A stretch of 24,858 bases of DNA, taken from contig JBGATO010000047.1 in the NCBI GenBank assembly GCA_044229145.1, positions 6,259 to 31,116 of the forward strand. The letters run 5' to 3'. Position numbers and translations under genes: made by a program. This document shows, one piece after another, positions 1 to 10,101 of this stretch; the first letter of the stretch is position 1, and each line of letters starts with the position of its first letter. Under the pieces are notes generated by a model that did not search any database, had not been told where the DNA came from, and saw only the letters and a program-made list of their open reading frames with translations. This DNA is from Candidatus Eiseniibacteriota bacterium (GTDB taxonomy: Bacteria > Eisenbacteria > RBG-16-71-46 > CAZEPH01).

Positions 1-98
1 GACGGGCACAGTGTGGCGGAGGTTGCGATTTGCCCGCAAGTGCGGTCCGCACGGTGTGCCGAACCACCCGCCGACCCGCCGAAGACCGCGTGGTCCGG

Positions 99-128
99 TT
101 GACACTCCGCAAGGGCGGCGGCTACCCT
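99..128 (+). promoter_or_regulatory. Candidate sigma70-type promoter for the giant surface-protein gene
   Basis: Perfect TTGACA at 99-104, 18-bp spacer and TACCCT (TAnnnT) at 123-128, lying ~365 bp upstream of the GTG start at 493. Confidence 0.5.
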
Positions 129-492
129 TAATGCACGTCGTTCGAGCCTCTGCCGGTCGCTCCCAGCCAGGGCATCCCGGCCGAGACACACCCCGCGTAG
201 TTCAGTTGCCTTCGCCCGCGCTCCCCGCTTGGGACTCTCCCTCCCGAGCACGGTGCGGACAGCACACGCGACAGCCATGCATTGCACGCGTGCGAGGGCG
301 ACAACGCGATACCCTGCCGGGTCCCTGCGCTCACGGATGCGCGGCCGAGCCGGCGGGCACGTGTGTCTCACCCCGACGCCCGAGTCGGATGAGCGCGGAC
401 GCAGCCCCTCCCCAACGTCTCAGGCCACCATCACCCGAACTACGAACCGAACTGCGACGCTCGTCCATCATCCACGGCTCGGAGGCTGCTGC

Positions 493-3400
493 GTGACGTT
501 CCCTCGAACGCCCCGTCGACTCAGGCTCGCGCGCACCCTGCTCGGGGTGGCGTGCGCGCTGGCGGCGTGGGCGCTCCCGGCCACCGCGCAGACGCTCTTC
601 AACGAGACCTTCGATGCCGCGTGGACGACGCCAGGCACCTTGCTCACCGGCGGCCAGCCGTGGTCGGGCACGTCCTCGCCCGCCAACAACGAGTGGCACC
701 GCAACGACTACACCACCGGCTGGTCCTCGTCGAACGGCGCCTACTCGCCCACCGGCGCGCAGGGCACCACCGGCTCCGCCCGCTTCCACAGCTACGACGC
801 CGGCCTCAACAGCACCGGCGACTTCGTCACGCCGACACTCGATTTCTCGACCGCGGGCACCAAGCGCCTCAGCTTCTGGTACTTCAACTCGTCGGGCACC
901 GATTCGCGCTGCGCGTCTGGCTCTCCACCGATGACGGCGCCACCTACCCGACGCTGCTCACGGCTCTCGGCCAGACGCCGATGTGGACGCAGTGCGTGGT
1001 CAGCCTCGGCGCCACCGCCTCCACCACGGTCCGCGTGCGCTTCCAGGGCGTCTCCGACTTCGGATCGACCGACTATGGACTCGACCAGGTCAAGATCACG
1101 GTCGCCAACCCGCTGAGCGGCACCAAGGTCATTGGCAGCGGCGGCGATTTCGCCACGTTCTCCTCGGCGATCACCGCGCTCAACCTGCACGGCGTCGGTC
1201 CGGGCGGTGTGACCTTCCAGGTGGCGGCCGGCACGACGTTCGTCGAGGACCCGTCGCCGATCGTCGGCGGCGCGGGGTCGGACTCGACGCATCCGGTGGT
1301 CTTCGTGAAGAGCGGCGCCGGCTCCAATCCGCAGCTGCGCCCCACCGGCACCAGCGCCGCGAACGAAGGCGGCTTCAGCCTCGTCGGCGCGGACTGGGTG
1401 ACCTGGCAGGGCATCGACATCATCGAGAACAGCGGCTCGCTGCTCGAGTACGGCGTCTACATCCGCAACGTCGGCTCCACCGACGGCGCCACCCACAACA
1501 CGATTCGCGACTGCACGATCACGCTCAGCCGCACCAACACCGCCTCCTATGCCGTGATGCAATCGAGTTCGACGATCCTCGGCGCGGGTCTCACCCCGCA
1601 GGCCAACGCGGGCGCCAACTCCTACAACAGCTACCTGAATCTGACGATCACCAACACGTTCAGCGGCATCGGACTGATCGGCGGCACGGTGGCGTTCCCC
1701 GACGCCGGCAACGTGATCGGCACGGCGGGCGGCGGCGCGACGACCATCGGCGCGGCCACCAGCAACGACATCGGCAGCGGCACACTGGCCGGCGGCGGCA
1801 TCTTCGGCGTGCGCATGGACCGCCAGAGCGGCGCGCGGGTGTCCGGCATCACGGTGCGCAACGTCAACAGCACCGCGACCTCATCGCCCTACGGCATCTA
1901 CCTGGACAACAGCATCACCGGCGGGTCGCTCGCGTCGTGCGAAATTTCCGGCAACACCATCTACAACATCACGTCGACCAGCACGTCGACCAGCGCGGCG
2001 GTGCTGTACGGCATCCGCGCGGACGTGGCCGCCGGATACGGCGCCGCCAATATCGTCAACAACGAGTTGTACGCATTTACGCCGCCGGCGCCGGGCACGG
2101 CCCAGACGGCACAGTACGTCCGCGTGCTGGCGGTCAACGTGAGCGGCAGCGGCGGTTCGGTGACCCTGTCGCACAACAGCGTGTCGATCGGCACCGGCCT
2201 GAGTGGCAATCAGCTCAAGGTGTCGTCGACCTGCTTCTATCAGAACGGCGGCATGGCGACGTTGACCAACAACGTCTTCGCCAATTTCACGCCGTCGCAG
2301 ACGACGTCGAAGCACTACGCGCTCGCGGTGCCCAACGGCACGGCGTCGGCGGCGTCGCGCAACCTGTACTGGACGCCGAACGGCAATGGCTTCGTCGGGA
2401 CGGTGGCGGGCTCGGATTGCGCGACGCTGCCGCTCTACGCGGCGGCGATCAGCGGCGTCCCGCCGGTGGACGGCGCCGAGGCCGGATCGGCGAACGCCAA
2501 CCCGAACTTCGTCAGCGGCACTTCGCTCGGCTTCGCGGGCGCGACGCCGGCGGCGCTCAGCGGCACGCCCGACGACGGCGTGCTCACCGACATCGCCGGC
2601 GCCGCCCGCAGCACGACGCGCCCGACCATCGGCGCACGTGAAACCGCCAACGCACTCGACGACCAGGCGGCACCGGCGCTCTCCGCTGTCACCATCAGCT
2701 CGGGCGCGTTCCCGAACATCGCGGTGACGGTACGCGACAACAGCTTCGCGCTCACCAATGCGCAGATCCGTCTGTGGTACCGGCCGGCCGGCGGCACCGA
2801 CCCGTTCGACGGACTCGACGCGGACAGCAAGCCGTCCGGCGCGATGAACGGTTCCTATGGCTGGAGCACCTCGCTCGCGACATTGGCCGCCGGCAGCTAC
2901 GAGTTCTACATCGCGGCACGCGACTCGGTGGGCGCGGGCACGAACGTGTGGGCCAACCCGATGTGGTCGAAGCGTTCGTTCAACGGCTTCGACCCCGCCG
3001 ACCCGCCGAACTTCGCGACGAACCCGGCAAGCTACGCCAACATCCGCAACTTCACCAAGGACGACCCACTCTATTACACGCTGACGCTCAGCGCGGTGAA
3101 CGGGTCGATTGCCGCGTCGCCGTCGGCACCGCAGTACGTCGAGGGCTCGACGGTCACGCTCACCGCGACGCCCGCCCCCGGCTATCTGTTCGACCATTGG
3201 GAAGGCGACGTCACCGGCAGCACGAATCCGGCGGCGCTGCTGATGAACGGCAACAAGAGCGTCACGGCGGTGTTCGTCGCGCAGACCTTCCCGATCGTCG
3301 CGGCGAGTGGCGCGCACGGCAGCGTCACGCCGGCCGGCACCACCGCGGTCACCTACGGCACCGACCAGACGTACACGATCGCCGCGGACGCGCACTACCA

Positions 3401-6400
3401 CATCGCCGATGTGTTGGTGGACGGCGCTTCGGTGGGCGCGGTGAGCACGTACACGTTCACCGCGGTGAACGCGGCGCACACCATCAGCGCGACGTTTGCG
3501 ATCGACAGCTTCACGGTGACGACATCGGCGGGGGCGCACGGCACGGTGTCGCCACTCGGCGCGACCGCGGTGCCGTACGGCGACTCGCTCCAGGTGACGA
3601 TGACCGCCGACAGCGGCTACCACATCGCCGGCGTGTTGGTGGATGGCGCTTCGGTGGGGACGCCGGCGCAGTACACATTCTCCGCGGTGGCGGCGAACCA
3701 CACGCTCGATGCGAGCTTCGCGCAGGATCGCTTCGACTCGATCCTGGTGCGCGCGCCGGCGGTGTGCGTGACGCCGGCCGCGCCGTCGGTCACCGTGCCG
3801 GTGCTCATCGCGCGCAACGACACCGCCGCGGTGCGCGGTTTCAGCGTGTCGCTCCAGCTGGCCAACCTGCAGCTCGCCGGACCGGCGAGCGAGAGCATCC
3901 TCGAAGGACCGTTCCTGCAACGGCCAGGCGCGCTGACGGCGATCCAGATCGTCGACGAGGGCAACGGCGTGTGGACGGTCGACGGCGCGCTGCTCGGCAA
4001 CCCGTGCGGCGCGACGACGCAGAACGACACGCTGTTCACGGTGCAGCTGATCGGCGGCGGCGCGAGCGGCCCCGGCAGCGTCACGCTCACCGCGCTCAGC
4101 CTGCGTGACTGCTGGAACCACGACCTCATGCCGCTGGCCGGGCCGGCCGCCTCGGTGAACGTCGACATCGCACCGGTGAGCGTCGCCGCGATCGGCGCGC
4201 AGAGCGTGACCGAGCGCGACACGCTGCGCCTCACGCCGTCGCTGACGCTCGGCGCCTGCGCCGCGCTGCCGATGGTGTGGTCGGCAAGCGGGCTTCCGGC
4301 CGGCGCGCTGTTCGACTCGCTGACCGGCGCGGTGGAGTGGACGCCCGCGTGCGACGCGTTCGAGAACGGCCCGGCGTACGGCCCGCTCACGCTGACGGCA
4401 ACCGACGCCGCCGGCAACGCCGCGCAGATCGCGGTGCCGGTGACCGTGATCGATGCGCCGGGTGTGGTGACGATCGCCCCGGTGGTGGACACGGTGGTGG
4501 CCGAAACCGCGACGTTGACACTCATGCCCGCCGCGTCGCTCTCGGTGTGCGCGGTGGCGCCGCTCGTCTGGCACGCCAGCGGTTTGCCCGCCGGCGCGAC
4601 ATGCGACAGCATCACCGGCACGATCCTGTGGACGCCGGACTGCCACGCCTTCGAGAACGGCCCGGCCTACGGCCCGGTGACGCTGACCGCGGTCGATGCG
4701 ATCGGCGATTCGGCGTCGGCGGTGTTCTCGCTCGCCGTCACCAACACGCCGGGCAGCGTGACCGTCGACGCCATCGCCGCGCAGACCGTGGCGGAGAACG
4801 CGACGCTGACGGTGCTGCCCGCGGGCACGCTGGCCGGCTGTGCCGAGGGCCCGCTCACGTGGAGCGTCAGCGGTCTGCCGTCCGGCGCGTCGTTCGACTC
4901 GGGCACCGGCGAAGTGCTGTGGACGCCGGACTGTCACGCCTTCGACCTTGGGCCGCTGTACGGCCCGGTGGTGCTCACCGCCACCGCCGCGACCGGCGAG
5001 ACGGGCAGCGCCAGCTTCGGCATCACCGTCACGAACACGCTCGGCACGGTGAGCGTGGACCCGATCGCCGACCGCACGCTCGCCGAGGGCGAGACACTGA
5101 TCGTCGTGCCGGTCGCGGTGCGCGGCGGCTGCGCCGACGAGCCGGTGACCTGGAGCGCCAGTGGCCTGCCGGGCGGCGCGCTGCTCGACACGCTGACCGG
5201 CGTGGTGACCTGGACGCCCGGCTGCCATGGCTTCGACGACGGGCCGGTGTACGGGCCGATCACGCTCACCGCCAGCGCGGCGACCGGCGAGTCGGCAAGC
5301 GCCTCGTTCTCGATCACGGTCACCAACGTGCCGGGCAGCGTCAGCGTGGCTGCCATTGCCGCGCAGACGGTGGCCGAGGAGTCGACGGTCGTCGTCACGC
5401 CGTCGGCGACGCTGGCGGGCTGCGCCGAAGCGCCGCTGACCTGGAGCGCGATCGGCTTGCCGAGCGGTGCGACGCTCGACGCGCAGACCGGCGTGGTGAC
5501 ATGGACGCCGGGCTGCCACGCCTTCGAGGACGGTCCCGCGTACGGTCCGGTCACGCTCACCGCGACCGCCGCGAGCGGCGAGAGCGGCGCGACGACGTTC
5601 ACCCTCGAGGTCACCAACACACTCGGCAGCGTGAGCGTCGATGCGCCCGCCGCACCGGCCGCCACCGAGAACGCCCTGCTCGCCTTCACCGCCACCGCGA
5701 CGCTCGCCGGCTGCGCCGAGGGTCCGGTGACCTGGAGCGCCAGCGGCCTGCCGGCCGGCGCCAGCTTCGACACGCTCACCGGCGCGTTCGCGTGGACGCC
5801 GGAGTGCGATGCCTTCGAGAACGGTCCGATCTATGGCCCGATCACCCTCACGGCCCGCGCCGTCACCGGCGAAACCGGTAGCGCGACGTTCAGCGTGACG
5901 GTGAGCAACTCGCCGGGCGCCATCACCGTGGCGCCGATCGCCACGCAGACCGCGTTCGAGACGCAGGAGATCGTCGTCACACCGTCCGCCACGCTCACCG
6001 GCTGTGCGGCGGGCGCGATCACGTGGAGTGGCAGCGGCCTGCCCGTCGGCGCCAGCTTCGACGCGCCGAGCGGCACGCTCACGTGGACGCCCTCGTGCAC
6101 CGCGGCGCTGAACGGGCCGGACTACGTCGTCGTGCTGAGCGCCTCGACAGCGGGCGGCGCCACCGGCGGCGTCACCTACACGATTCACGTCGAGCACACC
6201 GCCGGCACGCTCGTCGTCGCGCCGCTCGGCGACGCCGCGGTGGCCGAGGGCGCGACGCTGCACGTCACGCCGTCCGCCACGCTCGGCGGCTGCGCCAACG
6301 GTCCGGTGACCTGGAGCGCCAGCGGCCTGCCGGCCGGCGCCACGCTCGACCCGGAGACCGGACTGGTCACCTGGACGCCGGGCTGCCACGGCTTCGAGGA

Positions 6401-9272
6401 CGGCCCGCTCTACGGCCCCGTCACCCTCATCGCCACCGCGGCGAGCAGCGAAACCGCCTCCGCCTCCTTCCAGATCACGGTGTCGAACACGCCGGGCAGC
6501 GTGACCGTCGCCTCGCTCGGAGCGCCGAGCGTCGCGGAAGGCGCCACGCTGTCGCTGACGCCGTCGGCGACGCTCGCCGGCTGCGCCGAGGGCCCGCTGA
6601 CCTGGAGCGCCGCCGGGCTTCCCGCCGGCGCCAGTCTCGACGCCGGCACCGGCACGGTCGTCTGGACGCCGGACTGCCACGCGTTCGAGAACGGTCCGAG
6701 CTACGGTCCGATCACGCTCACCGCGACCGCGGCGACCGGCGAGCAGGGAGACGCCAGCGTCTCGATCACGGTGACCAACACGCCCGGCAGCGTCACCGTC
6801 GCGCCGCTCGCCAACCACACGCTGTACGAGAACGCCGCGCTCAGCGTCGTGCCGAGTGCCACGCTCGCCGGTTGTGCCGAGGGCCCGCTGACCTGGACCG
6901 GCCTCAACGTGCCCAGCGGGGCCACCGTCAACCCGGCGACCGGCGAGTTCGCCTGGACGCCGGGCTGCGACGCGTTCGAAAACGGGCCGGTCTACAGCGG
7001 CATCACGCTCATCGCCACGGCAGTCGGCGGCGAAACGCACAGCGCAAGCTTCACGGTGACCGTCGCCAGCGGCCTGTCGCTGTCGGTGGCGGGAACCGTG
7101 GCGGCGGCGGAGGGCACGCCCGTGTCGATCACGCCGACGCTCGGTGTGCTCGGCTGCGCGCCCTCCAGTGTGGTCTACGGCGCGACCGGCGTGCCGAGCG
7201 GCGCCACGCTCAACCCAACCACCGGCGAGATCGCGTGGACGCCGGGATGCCACGCGTTCGAGGAGGGTCCGTCCTACGGTCCGATCGTCCTCACCGCGAC
7301 CGCGAGCGGCGGCGAGACGGCCACCGCCAGCGTCACGATCGTCGTGAGCAACACGCCGGGCAGCGTGGTGGTGGACGCCATCGCCGACCGCACCGTCGCC
7401 GAAACCGCGCTGCTCACCGTGGCACCGTCGGCGACGCTCGCGGGCTGCGCGGAAGGTCCGGCCACCTGGACGGCCAGTGGCCTGCCGAGCGGCGCCAGTT
7501 TCGACAGCGGCACCGGCACGCTGACCTGGACGCCATCGTGCAGCGCGTTCGAACTCGGGCCGGTGTACGGGCCGGTGACGGTGACCGCGCACGCGGCCAC
7601 CGGGGAAACGGGCTCCGCCAGCTTCCTCGTCACGGTGACCAACACCACCGGCTCGCTCAGTGTGACGGTCGGCGCCACGCAGACGGTCACCGAGACGCAG
7701 ACGCTCACGGTTACGCCAGCGGCCAGCTTGCCGACGTGCGCGAGCGGTCCGGTGACCTGGAGCGCGAGCGGCCTGCCGGGCGGCGCCACGCTCAACCCGT
7801 CGACCGGCGTCGTCACCTGGACCCCGACCTGCGGCGACTTCGAGAGCGGTCCGCTGTACGGCCCGGTGGTGCTCACCGCGACCGCCGCGTCGGAGGAAAC
7901 CGGCACCGCGTCCTTCAGCATCACGGTGATCAACTCGCCGGGCACCGTGACCATCGCCACGATCGCCGATCCGGCGGTGACCGAATTGTCGATCGCGACG
8001 GTGACTCCATCGGCCACGCTCGGTGGCTGCGCCACCGGCACGCTGACCTGGGCGGCGAGCGGTCTGCCGAGCGGCGCCACGCTCAACACGTCGAGCGGTG
8101 TGATCTCATGGACGCCTGACACCAACGCGTTCGAGAACGGCCCGAACTACCCGGTGACGCTCACCGCGACCACGCCGGGCGGGGCCAGCGGCTCGCAGAC
8201 GTTCACGTTCCGGGTCACCAACGCGGTCGCCACCATCGCGCCGACGCCGCCCACCCGCTGCCTGACGCCGCAACGCAGCTGCCTGACGATCCCGGTCACC
8301 ATCAGCCGCAACTACGCGACGCCGATCCGCGGCGCCAGCGTCACGCTGCACCTGTCGTCGCTGCTCAAGTTGTGCAGCACGCCGGCGGTCAGCATCAAGG
8401 AAGGCACGTTCATTTCGTCGGGCGGCACCACGGCGATGAACTTGATCGACAACGGCGGCGGCTCGTACACGGTGGACATCTCGATCCTCGGCACCACCTG
8501 CGGCGCGACCTCGACCAGCGGCACGCTGTGTACCGTCGACGTGTCGTACGCGAGCACCAGCGGCACCGGCACGGTGAGCGTGAGCGACCTCCAACTGCGC
8601 AACTGCACGAACCAGCCGCAGCCCGCCACCGCCGGTCCCAACGTGTCGGTGTCCATCGACCTGGCACCGATCACCATCACGCCCATCTCCGGCAAGACGG
8701 TGAACGAGGGCGTGCTGCTCACCGTCACGCCGACGGCCAGCATCTCGGCGTGCGCCACCGGCCCGCTGTCGTGGACGGCCACCGGCATGCCGGGCGGCGC
8801 GACGCTCAATGCCACCACCGGCCAGTTCCGCTGGACGCCGGACTACTCGGCGTACGAGAACGGACCGACCTACGGCCCGGTGGTGCTCACGGCGCACGCG
8901 ATCAGCGGCGAGATGTCGTCGGTGTCGTTCATGATCTTGGTGCAAAACGTCGACAACTCGACCGGCGTCGGCGAGGTAGCGGGGGCGATTCCGGCCGCCA
9001 TGTACGTCGGGGCGCCGTATCCGTCGCCGAGCCGCGGCCGCGCGCAGATCGCCTACGGCTTGCACGCCGGCGGCGCGGCACGGCTCGCGGTCTACGACAT
9101 CGCGGGGCGCTTGGTGCGGGAGTTGGTGGACGCACCGCAGCAGCCGGGCGAGTACCTGGCGACGTGGGATGGCCGCGACGGCGCCGGACGCGACGTGGTC
9201 TCGGGCCTCTACGTGATTCGCCTCGACGCCGAGGGCAAGGTTGCCCGGCGAGGCGTGCAGATCGTCCGCTAA
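493..9272 (+). CDS. Giant secreted multidomain surface/adhesin-like protein (~2,925 aa) with a C-terminal FlgD-Ig/T9SS type A-like domain; apparent -1 frameshift near 905-909
   Basis: GGAGG at 481-485, then GTG at 493 and a Sec signal peptide (MTFPRTPRRLRLARTLLGVACALAAWALPATA|QT). The MAM/cleaved-adhesin-like N-terminal domain starts in the frame of ORF 229..1116 and continues as LRVWLSTDDGATY in the frame of ORF 552..9272. It is followed by a beta-helix region (~1110-2650), 3 InlB-B/Flg_new-like repeats (~3070-3720), cohesin-like domains (~3735-4140 and ~8230-8635), 15 He_PIG-like repeats, and a CTD with YPSPSRG..YDIAGRLVR..WDGRD..SGLY..RL. Confidence 0.85.
4171..8225 (+). repeat. 14 tandem ~291-bp (97-aa) coding repeats of a cadherin-like/putative Ig (He_PIG-type) domain; a 15th copy lies at ~8660-8955
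   Basis: Recurring consensus V.E...L..TP.ATL.GCA.GP.TWSASGLP.GA..D..TG...WTP.C.AFE.GP.YGP..LTAT...GE...ASF..TV.N.PG, read directly in the translation. Confidence 0.9.
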
Positions 9273-9317
9273 GTTCCGTCGTCGCGGCGCGAACGCCGAG
9301 CCGGTGAAGGTGCCCGG

Positions 9318-10034
9318 TCAGCCCTCGGTGTTCGCAGCCGCGCGCAGTTCTGCTTCGCTGCATGCGAGCGGCAGTGCAGCCAGCCCGAACAGTGCCGCCG
9401 CTTCCTCGACCAACGCATCGCACACCGCGTCGAGCGTCGGCGGATCGTCGGGGACCGGCGCGCCGGGATCGCCGGTGCCGGCGAGCGATTCCAGCGAACA
9501 CATGCGAACGTTCTGCAGACCGCACGGCACGATCAGATTGAAGTGCTGCAGATTGGTGCGGACGTTGAGCGCGAAGCCGTGATAGGTCACCCACTGCCGC
9601 ACCGCCACGCCGATCGACGCGAGTTTCTCCGGGCCCACCCAAATGCCCGTCTTGCCGCCGACGCGCGTCGCGGTGACGCCGAAGCGCGCGACGGCGCGGA
9701 TCATCAACTCTTCGAGGTCGCGCAAGAAGCGGTGGAGGTCACGGTCGCGCTCGGTGAGGTCGGCGATGAGATAGCCGACGACTTGCCCCGGCCCGTGATA
9801 GGTCACGTTGCCGCCGCGCTCGACATGCACGATCTCGACGCCGAGCTTCTCGAGCACGCCGGGCGCCGCGGTGACGTTGTCGTCGCCACCCGCGCGGCCG
9901 ACGGTGAGCACCGGCGGATGCTCGAGCAGGACGAGCGTGTCGGGGATCTCGCCGGCGCGGCGCGCGGCGACGAGACGATGCTGGAGCTCGAGCGCCTCGC
10001 GGTAGGGCACGAGGCCGAGTCGAAGGACGGCCAT
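9318..10034 (-). CDS. lipB: Lipoyl(octanoyl) transferase
   Basis: LLEHPPVLTVGR, ERGGNVTYHGPGQ, KLASIG, HGFALNV and IVPCG motifs; 238 aa. Confidence 0.95.
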   Translation of the reverse strand: MAVLRLGLVPYREALELQHRLVAARRAGEIPDTLVLLEHPPVLTVGRAGGDDNVTAAPGVLEKLGVEIVHVERGGNVTYHGPGQVVGYLIADLTERDRDLHRFLRDLEELMIRAVARFGVTATRVGGKTGIWVGPEKLASIGVAVRQWVTYHGFALNVRTNLQHFNLIVPCGLQNVRMCSLESLAGTGDPGAPVPDDPPTLDAVCDALVEEAAALFGLAALPLACSEAELRAAANTEG

Positions 10035-10040
10035 GGGGTC

Positions 10041-10046
10041 AGCCTA
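10041..10046 (-). promoter_or_regulatory. Candidate -10 box (TAGGCT) giving a leaderless lipB mRNA
   Basis: The minus strand reads TAGGCT-gacccc-ATG, with no Shine-Dalgarno sequence before the ATG. Confidence 0.45.
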
Positions 10047-10075
10047 CCGTACTGCCGATGCGCCGCGCAGGACCA

Positions 10076-10101
10076 CGCGGCACCGCCGTGGCGATGCCGC
10101 G
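10076..10101 (-). terminator. GC-rich hairpin immediately after the BNR-protein stop codon
   Basis: cgcggca-ccgcc-gt-ggcga-tgccgcg inverted repeat; no U-tract. Confidence 0.35.

Noticed and set aside
40..52. Perfect palindrome GTGCGG-T-CCGCAC upstream of the -35 box
   Set aside because: A single GC-rich 6-bp-arm palindrome is plausible by chance and has no second instance
183..369. 6S RNA or another housekeeping ncRNA (~187-nt rod-like fold)
   Set aside because: The length fits, but I could not find conserved 6S, RNase P, tmRNA, SRP or known riboswitch motifs; kept only as an unknown structured leader
552..905. ORF-track N-terminus of the 2906-aa protein (MRAGGVGAPGH...)
   Set aside because: Out-of-frame sequence before the frameshift; the RBS and signal peptide are in the frame starting at GTG 493
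1881..7592. 1903-aa minus-strand ORF, plus many other long Arg/Gly/Ala-rich overlapping ORFs (e.g. 18859..21504, 11868..13820, 16398..17993)
   Set aside because: These are shadow ORFs on the opposite strand or in other frames of real genes with extreme GC3 bias; they show no recognisable motifs
4171..8955. Regular DNA repeats as a possible CRISPR array or DGR template/variable repeat pair
   Set aside because: They are ~291-bp in-frame coding repeats with synonymous divergence; there are no spacers, cas genes or reverse transcriptase, and I saw no adenine-specific differences
9285..9298. Small hairpin between the convergent giant gene and lipB
   Set aside because: Only a 5-bp stem with no U-tract on either strand
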